From: Klebsormidium nitens
Taxonomy: Eukaryota; Plantae; Klebsormidiophyceae
Assembly (NCBI GenBank): GCA_000708835.1
Contig: DF236962.1
Location: 62,001-126,000, forward strand
Length of the DNA stretch: 64,000 nt
Direction of reading: 5' to 3'
In this document: in pieces, positions 38,545 through 51,099 of the stretch
Layout of the letters: the number at the start of each line of letters is the position of its first letter
Numbering within the stretch: position 1 is the stretch's first letter
Notes under the pieces: model-generated
What the model was told of the DNA's origin: nothing
Seen by the model: the letters and a program-made list of their open reading frames with translations, nothing else
Databases searched by the model: none
Program-made: the position numbers and the translations under genes

Positions 38545-39544
38545 GATTTGTACATAGTATCCGTCGTCAGGCGAGCCTTCCGTCATCCAGCCATGCGCTC
38601 TTGTACAGCTAAGCGGGGTCCTGACGTGGTGCACAGTTTGAGACAGTTGTAATAATGTCTTCGACTTTTGGTTAGTGGTAGGTGGTTGTCGAGAGTTCAT
38701 AATGTCCTCTACATGCGCTCTCCATTATATGATCTAACCATTGAGGCTGAAGACGTCTAGCCAAATGTACAACTTTTTTCTGATGTGTATATAGGGCGAC
38801 ATTAACCATCCATACGAGTAGACGTGGGTGAACCTCAAGGCAAATTCTTCTTGTCACATACCCTTACTCTTGCTTCAGTCATTGCAGAAAGTAATGCCGA
38901 AGTTATACATCCAGCTGGTCGCCTCTTGCACATGATACACTGGCTAAAGACGAATCATTCTTGAGGCTGCTTATCGCATATGTGCATGGTGCATGCGGGT
39001 ACTAGATCATGAATGCATCATTGTAAGATATCCTTAACTTGAATGGCGGTTTCGCTAGCTAGCAACTAGTCCGTCGGATGGTGAATTGGGCAAATGCTTG
39101 CTGTTGTTCCAACGCGAGACGCGACTTGGTACTGCTGCATCAACGAGCTTGCACGCTTTTGGATCGTCGGTGCACGCGATATGATTGCAACGGACACAAA
39201 TAAGGTCATGTTATCGAGCGATCGATTTGAGATCATCTGCTCACGCTGCAGCTGACGATTGGCTGCACTAAAGTTCTCACTTGGTACGCCTTAGTTTAAA
39301 AAAGACAGTCTGTTTAAAGACGGAATAAACTTAGTTGTGATACAACTAATATATACGCATCAGCAGCTTCGACGGCCCTGCACTATACTCGTCATGATCT
39401 GGACGACTCTTGCTATATTATTTTCAGTCCTTCAAAGGCCTTTACATATATACAAGCCAAGTTCTTGCCAGCCTGACCTGCAGGCTCTGTACCAGACACG
39501 CGCCTTTCAAAGTTGGCCGATCAGATCCAGCCACGGCGTCCGCT

Positions 39545-42450
39545 TCAAAACATCAACTGCCTGGCAAAGAGCTTCCGTTTCTTTGCCGCCCACTCTCGCA
39601 ATTTTCTCTCGTTTTCTCCTTCGTAAAGAACGGCTAAGGCCTCGCTCAGTCGACGGGCATCCATGGTTCCGTCGACTCGAACAGTTCGCTTGCCGATGCA
39701 GTCTCCTCGCTGCACCATCTTGACCTCGAGCTGCCAGAGAGTCGGCGCTCGCAGATGCTCGTAATCGATCTTGCCACCTGAGGATTGACGTGACAAGCAG
39801 ATCTCGTGATGGTTTTCGGAAATTTGCTTCCCCATTTCATCCACGGATCACATTCCAATTGGGTACGGTGATGTCTGTTCTCCTCAATCTGACTTGGACT
39901 TCCTGAAAAATGATGTGTGTTCTGGCTTTGGAGTCTCCTGCGGTCAGAGCAGGTCAGACTCCTTAGACAGTCGGACATCTGTCGGGACGCCATCTCATGG
40001 TCGAGACAGGATCGTCCAACCGGGTCAAGAAACTGATAAATTTCGATCACTTGCAGAAGGATCATCAACAGACCAAGGAAGAGGAACAATAGCTCCGAAA
40101 GGTTTATCGTGCTCAGCAACCAATCAACATGCGTCTTCGTAGGACCTTCTTTTCCAAGCTTCAAGATCTGACGTCAATACCATCCCCTCGATTTGAATCA
40201 AGACAGGGTCATGCTTCCAACCACAACGGTAGGATTCGGTACCGTTCCCGATCTGAGACGGCTGAGACGGCTATTGACCATGCCTTGCAAAAAGCTTTCT
40301 CCTCGACAATTGAGGAGAATCTAACCAGACGGAAAGGTTTCTGCGAGTATTTCGCTTCCTGAAGAAAAGTTTCAAAATCATTCTGAACTCGACTGCCAAC
40401 TTTCTTTCTCACGAGGCTTCATTTTCTCCAAAAGAGGCTCTTTTGAACTCTTTGAGCCAGGTGCAACAGAGTGACGGTCATCAAAAAACGCTCACTCGAG
40501 CAGTGCAGCATGGCCCCCCGCAGCCGCAGCACCAGGTGGAGCGTGTCTTTGTCCTGAATGCCAACATCCGCCAGGGTGCGCTCATCGTCCAACTGCCTCC
40601 CACCAAAGATGAGCCGCTGCTGGTCAGGGGGGATCCCCTCCACATTCTGGATCATTTCCTTGAGCTCTTCAATGGTCATACTACCCCTGCAAGGTTTCAA
40701 CTCTATTGTCTTCCCCAGCATTGTCTTGCAGAAGAGAACCATCTCCGCTTCATCCCCCTTCCCAACGACCCTCCTGACAGTCAGAAAGGACAGGGACTGA
40801 ATCCCGGCCTGCCAGCAGAACTTGCTCTGGGTTTCGCCGTCCCTTAATCTTCTGCCGTTTGCCAATTGCACTAACTGCTCGCCTGGGGGGATCCCCGACT
40901 CTTTGAAAATCAATGACCTGAAGGCCTCGACTGTCGTGCTTCTGTTGATCGTGGTCAGGCTGATGTGGCGCGTGATGGCATCATTGGGGCCCATGACAAG
41001 GACCACAACTGTCCCTCCTGTCCCGGCCCATGGTGAATACCGCGAGGGGAGGGGTGCAGTGCTCACCTGCGAAGGCAAAGAAAGAACCTGAGCGTTTGAT
41101 AACCGGCGTTTGAATTTTGGGGATACAAAGGTGACTCCTTGCAGAAGTTGCTGTTTGACCCAATGGAACTCAAGATGAGATGCTGCCAAAAGTTTCGAAG
41201 AGAGTCCTATTAGGGACACCTGTGTTAAAAGACATGTTAAATGCTTCTGGGAGACTACGGCTTATCAGTGCACTGTGAGGACACTTCGGAGCAATCACCC
41301 TTGAATAGGACCTGATGTCATTTCTCCAATGTTTCTGTATACATGCAACTGGTTACCGTTGACAAGAAAGGTCCTAGTGCCCATTGCTCAAATAAAGCTC
41401 GTGTTGCAGTCACAAGCGGGTCTGCTGGCTTTGAAGATCCCTCACACTGAGCTCCTGTTGTTCCGTTTGCCATTTGAATGTCAGAAATAGTTGGCAATTC
41501 CTGCGAGCAGCAGCTGTCTTCACGTTTGGACCTTAGGAAGCAGATACTCTCACTGAAAATAATTTGCCAGGGAATCCAGGAGGATGACAAAAGCTCCGAG
41601 CGTCCGGTGCTCCCAACTTCTCCCAGATCCAAAGCAGCAGAAGACAAAAAAGTATCAGCTTGAATTCTACAACAAATCTGTTCAGTCATACTGATACAGT
41701 AATTGGCAACACACATTTAAGGGAACCCGCTGGCCACCATCAGGTGAACCCGCTGAAGTCGACTGTATTGGCACGACACCGTACTTTCATTGCTGCACGT
41801 ATCTAATTACCTGCATTTTGTGGGACTGTGGCCATGCCCAGGACAGTGGGCTTGACTTTTGAAGGGGCAGTCCCCTTGATGTAACAAGTTGCATTCAGAG
41901 AGAGCCACAACGTAACTCAATCAAAGGCGCGTTTGAAGGGGCTATGAGTATCCTTCACAGGAGCTACAGCACACCTACAGCAGGACCCTGATCAACTCTT
42001 GCTTCTCTTTGTAGACTTGAGGCTCACCTTCATATGTAGCTCCAGCTTATCCAGCGCGCATAACTCAGCAAGCCCTTCCTCATCTTTCAGCTCCATGCAG
42101 TCTGCCGCACCTTGCGCCTGCTGATGAAATACACGCTTCATGTCCACATCAAATATGAGCTCCACAAGACGGACGTTAGAGGAATAGTAGTCTGCTCGGC
42201 TTGCTATGTTGTCCTCGCCTTCCCATGCAAATTGCTCAGAATAATGCGGGAAGACATCCTGAATGCACTCATGGTCTGAGAGCGGCCGCCAGCCCCCCAG
42301 CAGGAGCTTCATATCCCTAGAGGAAATGCACAGTTTCACCCCTAGCAATGCTTTCAGAGACCCCGCGGTGAAGAACTTGAGGTCCACACCGGGCAGGACC
42401 TGTTGGCCGAGGATGCATCGGCCCCCAATGCGCAGCTCAAACGCCACCAT
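39545..42450 (-). CDS. Multi-UBL/ubiquitin fusion protein, copy 2 (LRLRGA, K48R, frameshifted tail), ~408 aa
   Basis: Exons 42450-42028, 41066-40496, 39777-39545. GGC>GCC at 40512-40514; the homologous tail [18 protein letters not shown] lies in another frame, ending at 39507. Confidence 0.78.
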
Positions 42451-43719
42451 ATTGTAATACAGTCTACAGGCTTGAATATGGCGGTTTGACAACCACCATA
42501 CTTAATAACACGACTATGCCAAGAAACTATGCCGTTTGGACTGCAGCTAGCTGCAATCTGGGCTGCAAAACCAAGCGCCAAGCAGGCGCCAAGCATTTGG
42601 CCTGTATAATCTGTTATCGGCGTGGGTAACATTGGTTGCGCTGCGGATGATCCCTGGATGATCCCTCAGAGTCACCCACTGTTGCATGTTTGTCCTTGAC
42701 CGTACGATTGACTGGACACAATTTTCGAGTAAGTAATCGACGGCTTGGATCCACCAATGGTGGTGGAGGATCCGCAATCCCGTGAACTCGGCGTGAGCCG
42801 CGGCTTTCTCACATGAGCAATCCCGCAGCTAGGATGTCCAGCTGACAGTGAGAGGGAGAGAGGGAGACTCGTACGTCCACTCGTTGGTTAGCAACGATGA
42901 GCTAGGAGATGAGATCAGATCGCCAGCTAGGCTTCGCAAACAGACCGAGTTAGTCTGCGGCCCATCTGGCGGCTGAAGATCGATGCTGCACAAAGAACGA
43001 CGCACCATCACCGCGCATTACGTCCATGCCCAGCTTATATAATAGCTCAAGTATTAACACAACAAATAACTTGTGGGAGCGGATAAGCGGTTCAAGTTGA
43101 AAATCTGCATACTCTGCATGCGAGAGTCCACTCATGATCAACTCAGAATATGGCCCAATGGTGCGTGGCGGGATGATGGAGTGATGGGGGGATGATTATA
43201 TTTCAAGATTGAGTACGTTGTGGAGTTGCAAGTCATTGGCAGTGCGGAGATAACTTGGATCATCATGCCTTGATATCTCGTGCACGTGGCACGCACTCGG
43301 TTTCGCGAGCGACTTGACAGAAAGCTGCTTGATGAGACGTGACTCGGCTTGCTCAGCAAGCTCGTCTTTCCTGTTTTATGGGCGAATCACAACCCGGCCA
43401 ATCTCGCCGCTTGAAAGCAGTTTGATGCATCCAAGGCCATGGCTGGAGGGCACAGCTACGACAATCCTATTCCATTTTCGGTACGTTATGCCAGTAGTGG
43501 GCCCATGTTAGTCAAACAAGACAATGATGATCTATTCAGTTGAAACAAATGACCCAATTAAAATGTATCAGATGCTCTAATGGCCAGGCTGCAGCTAGCA
43601 ATTTGGACACATTCTTTAATCATACCGTGATCATACCTCCTTGACGACCTTTTCAAATATACAACCAAATCATGCCTGACGTGCGCTGTAGAAGAAAACG
43701 TAGACTAATTTGGAACAAC

Positions 43720-46648
43720 TCAGATCCTAGTCACAACATCCAAGTGCGCTTTCTGCTTCAGCGCTGCGATTGCTTGCTCCAGCTCCCGTTTCTTTGCCTC
43801 CAATTCCCGTATGTTCTCCTCTTCGGTGTGAAGCCCGGATAGGGCCTCGCTCAGTCGGCCCGCATCCGTGGTTCCATCTATTTGAACAGACCGCTTGCCG
43901 ATGCAGACCCCTCGCTGAACCATCTTGACCTCGAGCTGGCTCGTTAGCGCCCGGAGCTGCTCGAGATCAATCCTGCCACCTGAGTAAAACGGTGCGAAGA
44001 TCAGGCCTTTGGAAGGCATAGAGCTTCTAGTTGCACACTGCAAAATACTTGATTTGATTACGGTCCGATCCGTCAAAGTATTTTCTGTCCTTATTGATCG
44101 ACCTTACTCCCTGAAAAAGTTTTGCTTGAAAAGCTTTGCTTAATCTCGCTTGAAGACTGACCCGGTGGTATACACGCTTTGCAGCCGCATACGTATATTT
44201 GTCAAAATGGCGTTATGTACTTGAAAGTACGAGGGACTGTTGAACGGCCGCTCCGGGAAGGATTCACACTCGCCAGGACTCGGATGACAAACAGCAAAAG
44301 TGGGAGGTACATGATGCTCGCATAAGTGCTCCTGAACCTTGAATGAGCAAGAAACCTTGACCCGTAGTAGCTCCAGGCCTCACGTCAGTTTCCCTTCCTA
44401 CATCTAGGAAGAAAAATGGAGAAGTTTGTGTCCGATTCCATGTCCGACATCGGACGGCAGTCAAGGATCCGAGCAATGAATTCTGTCTATGACGAATATT
44501 CGGCTGAGGGACTTAGATTGTCTATAACGAATGTCCTTTCAAGCTTGTTCTGGTAAACGTTGTGCGCAAGAAAGATCACAATTGTGAACGCTTCCTCGAC
44601 TCTGCAATTCTCGATTGACAAGCCTTACTTGACACGTGGTACATGCCTCCTCGCAAGCGCAAGACCAGATGCAGGGTGCTCTCGTCTTGAATGTTGTAGT
44701 CCGCCAGGGTGCGCCCATCCTCCAGCTGCTTTCCCGCAAAGATGAGCCGCTGTTGATCCGGAGGAATGCCCTCCATATCCTGTACAGCTGCCTTGAGCTC
44801 GTCAATGGTCATGCTACTCCGGCAGTGCCTCAAGTATATTGTCTTCCCCGTCAGCGTCTTGCAGAAAAGAAGCATCGTCTCTTCCTTCCCCTTCCCCACG
44901 AACCTTCTGACTATGAGAAAGGACCGCGACTGGATCCCCGCCTGCCAGCAGTACTTGCTCCGGGGGTCATTATCCACTAATCTGCTGCCGTCTGCAAAAT
45001 GCAGTAATTGCTCGTCCAAGGGTATCCCCGTCCTTTGGAAAATCATTGACTTCAGGGCCTCGACCGTCGTGCTTTTGTTGATCGTGCTTAGGCTGACGTG
45101 GTGGGTGATGGCATCGTTGGCGCCCATGACAAGGACCACCACCGTCCCTCCTGTCCCTGCCCATGGCAGGTACCGCGAGGGGAGGGGCGCAACGGTCACC
45201 TGCAACAGCAAGAGTAGAACTTTGCAGGTATGGTCACTTTGGTGGCTGGCCAGGTTTCTGCTGATCTACTTGAAGGACATTCTGCAGCCAACTGTATAGG
45301 ACCACTTTGACAGAATTGCGAGATAGAGATGCTGCAATGTATTTAGAAGGACCGTTAGTATTGAAGACATCTGTAAGGGAACATCTGAACATCTAAAACA
45401 TCTGAACACACCACTTATTCTGGACAAGGTCTGCAGTCACATCCGGAAACCTTCGTCAGACCAGAAGCCATTGTGTCACTTGGTCCAAGGGTACCACATT
45501 TCTGATAACTTGAAAGAGTGGTTGCAGTAGACACTGATTGCAGATTGACAATAAAAGACCTATCTGTTCACTGCTCAAAGAACAGGCGTCACATGGCATT
45601 CACGAGCACTCAAGCTGGCTTTCTAAAGATTCTCCATGTTCGGCTTCTATTGTCCTACTTGCAACAACTCAGTCATCAAAATAACTTGACTGGTCCTTAA
45701 GTCACCCTTAAGTCACTGCACCATGCTTCCCTTTAAGAACATGGTAAGCCAAATTATTGAAAGAAAGAACCTGCCATTAGACTGCAGGAGGGTAGTAAAA
45801 GCTCCGATTGTCAGCTGTTGTTCCCCTTTGTCCTCGACATTGAGCAGTAGAAAAATGGTTTTTCACCATGCGGGTTTCGTAATCCCAATTCTCTCGCAAA
45901 ATGTCCAATCACACTCTCACAATTCGTGGAATCGCAAGAGCACAGGGCTTTGGCAGGCCAACATTGCATCAACCAGCTGAGATTGCCAGCTGCAGATTGG
46001 CCTGTCACCTCTAGTATGGTCCTCATTGCTCGCAAGCTCCATGGTCAGATCTGCTGACGACTGGTCTTGAATCTTAGGGCACCCCCCCTCAAGATATGAC
46101 CGATTCGGAATAATGCAATGGGTCTTCTGGCAAAAAGGCAATTAAAGGGGCCACTTTCAGGGATTAAAGCAGGATACAATCAAACCCCAAGCAATGTTCC
46201 TTCTTTTGGAGGACCTGAGTCTCACCTTTATATGTAGCTCCAGCTCATTCAGCGCACAAAACCCGGCAAGCCCCTCCTCATCTTTCAGCTCCATCTCTGC
46301 CGTACCTTTGTCCTGCTCATAGAACAGGCGCCCGGTGTCCACATCAAAGATGACCTCCGCGGAGCGCAAAAGGTTGGAAGTATACTGTGCTGCTGAATTT
46401 TCTGCACTATCCTCGCCTCCCCATCTGGACTGCTCATAGTACTGCAAATAGAGATCCTGGACACGCTCATCGTCTAAAAGTGGCCGCCAGCCCCCCAGCA
46501 AGAGCCTCATGGTTCTGAAAGAGATGCACAGCTTCTGTCCCAGCAACGCTTTGAAAGCTCCGGCAGTAAGGATGCTGGGGTCCACACCAGGCAGGACCTG
46601 TTGCCCGGGGAGGCATTTGCCCCCCGTGTACAGCTCAAAGGCCACCAT
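43720..46648 (-). CDS. Multi-UBL/ubiquitin fusion protein, copy 3 (LRLRGG, K48 retained), ~417 aa
   Basis: Exons 46648-46226, 45199-44629, 43979-43720. Ub residues 34-76 differ from plant ubiquitin only by K63D; then [14 protein letters not shown]. Confidence 0.88.
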
Positions 46649-47040
46649 GCTGCACGGATTTGCTAAGCTGGCTTTGTTACTCCATCTGTTTCCTGGCCAA
46701 GCAATGGCCCCCTTGTTATGCTCTTCTTGCACCTGGAGTTCAAACTGCAGAACTGCTGAGCAGGAGCCGAGCAGCAGGAGCTGCCCTGCGTAGCAGCATG
46801 ACGTGTCTACAACGGCAACAGGGGAATTGCGTGATCCCTCAAAATCTCAATTCTTGCCCTTTCAAAAGAAACGTCCGATCGTTCGATACGTCATCGACGG
46901 CCCAGTCTGCGCCCCAAGAGCTGAGCAATTTGAACGTCCGATTGAAAACATCGGGATTGGACGGCTAGCACCAGTGGGTTTAGATTCAGAGCACAACGAA
47001 ACCAGACCGCTTCATGATCCTTCAACTTCAAGCCTGCCAG

Positions 47041-47124
47041 GGCCGTCGAGCCAACGGGCGGCGCAACATTTCATTGAAGCCAGCTGGCCATGAATTGCAA
47101 GGCCGGCGAGCAAACGGGCGGCGC
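47041..47124. repeat. Two copies of a 24-bp GC-rich motif at 60-bp spacing, upstream of UBL copy 3
   Basis: ggccgtcgagccaacgggcggcgc (47041) and ggccggcgagcaaacgggcggcgc (47101), 22/24 identical. Confidence 0.7.
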
Positions 47125-47914
47125 CGCTTCCCGCTCTTGCAAGGCCAAATGAAGCTTTCAAGGCGCTCTTCCTGCAAGATCAGCCCCGCTCCGCAATTCC
47201 TGGGGCAGTCGATCCGACAGTTGAATTTCTTCGACTTGGCTCCAGGAGGCTCGCCATACACACTGTCAGACGTTGTAACCACGATGAAACCGTTGCATCC
47301 GATACGTCACAAAGAAGGCACTGGCGTATCGGCCGTACATATTGTTACAGTTTGAGACAGTAACGCCGGTCAGCGATTCTCCGATCTAGTGCCAGAAGTC
47401 ACGCACACAGTCATACTCATGGAGCGATCATCCGACCGATCCGACCAAGAACTAGATGGCTTCAATCACACTTCAATACTATTTCTTTCCATGGCCATTT
47501 TAGTGTACCATTGTATTTGCCTGCGAGAACATTCAGCTGCGAGGGAGGCATAATTAAGTACTCTCAAATGAAACTACTTTTTTACAAACCCGCCAGGTTT
47601 ATTGAGTCTCGTTTCACGCTCATCAGCCCAGGATCCAATTCGTCCATGAAGGCAAAGTGCTGAATCCAGGAGATCAGTAACGCCCCGATGGATCCGCAAT
47701 TTCAAACATTTCTAGACGAAAAGCAGCGAGACTTGTTCTTTCTGGCGACCGACTTGCGCTTCTTTAGGATCTGCTCATCTATACACTGGCACAAATCTGC
47801 TGCAAGCGTTGAAGTAGGACTACTCGATCCTCACTACTGCTTCTCTGCGTATGTTCGCGTGCCCGTTCTGCTTCAGCGCCTCAATCGCCCGTTCCAGCAC
47901 CCGTTTCTTCGCTT

Positions 47915-50835
47915 CTAACTCCCGCACTTTCTCCTCAGTCTCTTGTGAAGCTGCCTGGCCAAGGCCTTGCTCAATCGACGGGCATCCGTGGTTCCATCGA
48001 TCCGTACAGTCCGCTTGCCGATGCAGACTCCTCTTTGAAACATCTTGACCTCAAGCTGGGTCGTCAGCGCTCGCAGTTGCTCGAGATCGATTCTGCCACC
48101 TGTTAACACCAGCGTGATGATCAGACCTTCTGAGAACCTGAAAGCATTGAAATGCACTCGCATCCTCGTGACCGAGTCAATCACGATCGAAATCGTCAAG
48201 ACTTCGTTGTTTCTTTGATCGACTCCCTGAACGAAATCCGGATATTCACGAATCTGACTCGCGGATAACTTAGACACGATACTTACCGAGCTTTTTAGAC
48301 ACCGCACACATTTGCCTGCCAAAACTACGCTTTGCATCAAGAAGCACGTCCGCAGGTGAGGGACTGGTGCTCACCACTTTCGAAGGAACTTCAATACGCC
48401 GATGTTAGAACCAGATTATTGGACTGAGGGTGTGTCGAAAAGCAGTCACTACAGAACTTTGGCAAGACTTGAACCGCAAGGCAGGCTTGGGAAGATTGAG
48501 GCTGGCTACCTTCAAATCAGGTTCCTACATCTGAAGGGAAAACTGAGTACGCTGCCTAGAAAACACATTCGTCGTGTCACTGTTTCCGACGTTAGAAGGC
48601 TGAATTGCACCAGAATTGATTCCGAGGACTACTAGACTATTTGACCCGAGATAAGAGAGACTCTTGACGGAAAGATTCTGCATCGCGCGAACGCTTTTGG
48701 TTCGAATCAACACTAATGAAGCCACAAGAGCTAAACTGAGCGACTCTTTAATCAATGTCGCTTCTAGCTAAGACTGTTTCCAACGGAGATAAAATCTATA
48801 CCGGTGAATGCATGTTCTGACTTGCATGACAGGGCACTCGAGGGACGCCGCTCACTTGAGACGTGGTACATTCCCGCTCGCAGGCGCAGGACCAGATGCA
48901 CGGTGCTCTCGTTTTGGATGTTGTACTCCGCCAAAGTGCGCCCATCCTCCAGCTGCTGCCCCCCCCAGATCAGCCGCTGCTGGTCCGGGGGGATAGTCGT
49001 TTTCTCCTGGATTGCCTTCTTGAGCTCGTCGACGGTCAGGCAATGCTTCAACGTTATCGTCTTCCCCGTCAATGTCTTGCAGAAAATTTGGCCCATTTCC
49101 CCTTCCTTTCCCATCCCGACGCACCTGTCCACTGTGAGAAAGGACTGTGACTGGATCCCCGCCTGCCAGCAGTACGTGTTCCGGGGGTCCCCATCCACTT
49201 TGACTCTACTGCCGTCAGCAAAGAGCAGTAACTGCTCGTCCAAGGGAATACCCGTCTTGTGGAAAATCATCGACTTGAGATCCGCGACTGTCGTGCTTCT
49301 GTTGATCGTGGTTAGGCTGACGTGGCGCGTGATGGCATCCTTGGCGCCTCTGACAAGGACAACCACTGTTCCATTTGTCCCTGCCCATGCGAGAAACCAC
49401 GGAGGGAGGGGCGCGGAGGTCACCTGCAACAGGAAGAGTATAAGCAATTGAAGTTGCTTCCTTGGTTGGCTGGCCAGACAAATTGCGGATTCAAAAAGGT
49501 GACTTTCTGCAGCAATTCACTCTCTGCAAACCTTGACTGAATTGCGACGTAGAGATGCCGCAAATCACGAAGACGAGGTCGCTTCTCGATGATAGCTGTA
49601 AAAGTCATGTAAATGTAAACCACTCATGTCTGGTGCAGTCTAGTCTATTTCTGGAACACCACTGCTTAGAAAGGGAAACCAAGGCAAAACGTCAGATTAT
49701 TGGATGTTCCTGATGTATGCAAGACTGTGAGATTGGTCACATTTTGAACTGTTTGCAGAACAAGAAAAGCCCTCTTTGCACTACATGAGTACTTGCAAAA
49801 GCTTTACACGTGAGTCAGGAGCCCTCTGCTGGTTTCCAAAAGATCCCTCACTTCATGCTTCCACTATTCTACTTGCAACACCTCCTTTCTAGGATTATTG
49901 CATACTAAACCTCAGATGAGATTTGCCGACAATATTGGGCCCTACGAAGAAGATACTTTCATTGATATTGGGTTGCCAGGACAGGCTATCTGAGCGGATT
50001 GCAACAGCCCCTAGCATTCGCTGTCATCCCCGTTGACCTTGATTTTGAGCAGCAAAAGGACTAGTCTTTTCATGTCATGCTGTCAGCATAAATGCGACAC
50101 GTGACCCTGAGCAAGCTTACTCATGTATTGCATGAGTACATGTGATGGCAATGCAGAATTTGACAGGGAACCAGCAGGTCGCTATGTCATCCAGCTAAGG
50201 TTGCCAGATTGGCCTGACTCAGTGCTGCCAGTCACCGCTGCAGAGTCTGCATTGCTTGCATGCTCACAACGTAGGTCTGCTGACCGCTGGTTTTAAACGT
50301 GAGGGCAGCCCCCTTTATGTGACTAACTTTGTACAAGCCACAGCGTAATCTGGTGAAGGTCGGGAGCTAAAGCAGCTTACAAGCAGGTTCTTTTGGCACA
50401 CCTGAGTCTTACCTTCGAATGCAGCTCCAGCGTATCCAGAAAACAAACTGCAGCAAGCTCCTCCTCATCTTTCAGCTCCATTTCTGCCGCTTGCGCCTGC
50501 TGATGAAACAAACGGCACCTGTCCACATCAAAGACAACCTCTGCGGAGCGGGAGAGGAAGAGATCATACTTTATTGCTGACTTCCCTGAGTTAGTCTCAC
50601 ATCCCGGCGTGGTTTGGTCACAAGAGTACTCCACATAGAAATCCTGAACGCGCTCGTGGTCTGACAGCAACCGCCAGCCCCCCAGCAGAAGCTTCATGTC
50701 TTTGGAGGAGATGCAGAGCTTCCTCCCTATCAAAGCTTTCAGAGCCCCTGCGGTGAGGTCCTCGGGGTCGACATCAGGCAGGATCTGTTGCCTGGGGAGG
50801 CATCTTTTCCCATTGCGCAGCTCCAAAGCCACCAT
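47915..50835 (-). CDS. Multi-UBL/ubiquitin fusion protein, copy 4 (LRLRAG, K48Q, frameshifted tail)
   Basis: Exons 50835-50413, 49423-48856, 48099-47915. Ala codon at 48875-48877; 1-nt loss near 47944 leaves [25 protein letters not shown]... in another frame, ending at 47820. Confidence 0.78.
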
Positions 50836-51099
50836 GATACACTCTGCAAGCTTCTTCTCACACCAAGAAGGGCCAAGGAAGGGCCGAACAACAATGCTCA
50901 ACGTTTGATTTATCCTATGGAAATGAAGTAACGAACATGAACAAAAAGAAGCGCCAAGCTTTGCATCCTCTTTGCATGGTAGTAATACTAGACCCCGATG
51001 ACAATCGAGATCCGGATGATCCCTTACCAATGCTGACTCTGCATTCGAAACTGACCGTCCGAATGACTGAATTTTGCAATCCCGTAGATCGGACGGCTT

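Noticed and set aside
41318-41716. 132-aa ORF inside intron 1 of UBL copy 2 as an alternative exon
   Set aside because: The homologous intron segment in copy 4 contains stops; shared ancestry explains the similarity.
44636-49451. Long antisense ORFs opposite the ubiquitin exons (44766-45299, 48804-49451, also 37459-37956 and 40443-40847)
   Set aside because: Shadow frames of GC-rich coding exons; no independent motifs.
36156-50835. Annotation as ordinary polyubiquitin or Ub-ribosomal fusion genes
   Set aside because: Only one near-canonical Ub per gene, the upstream domains are highly divergent, and the tail is not S27a or L40.
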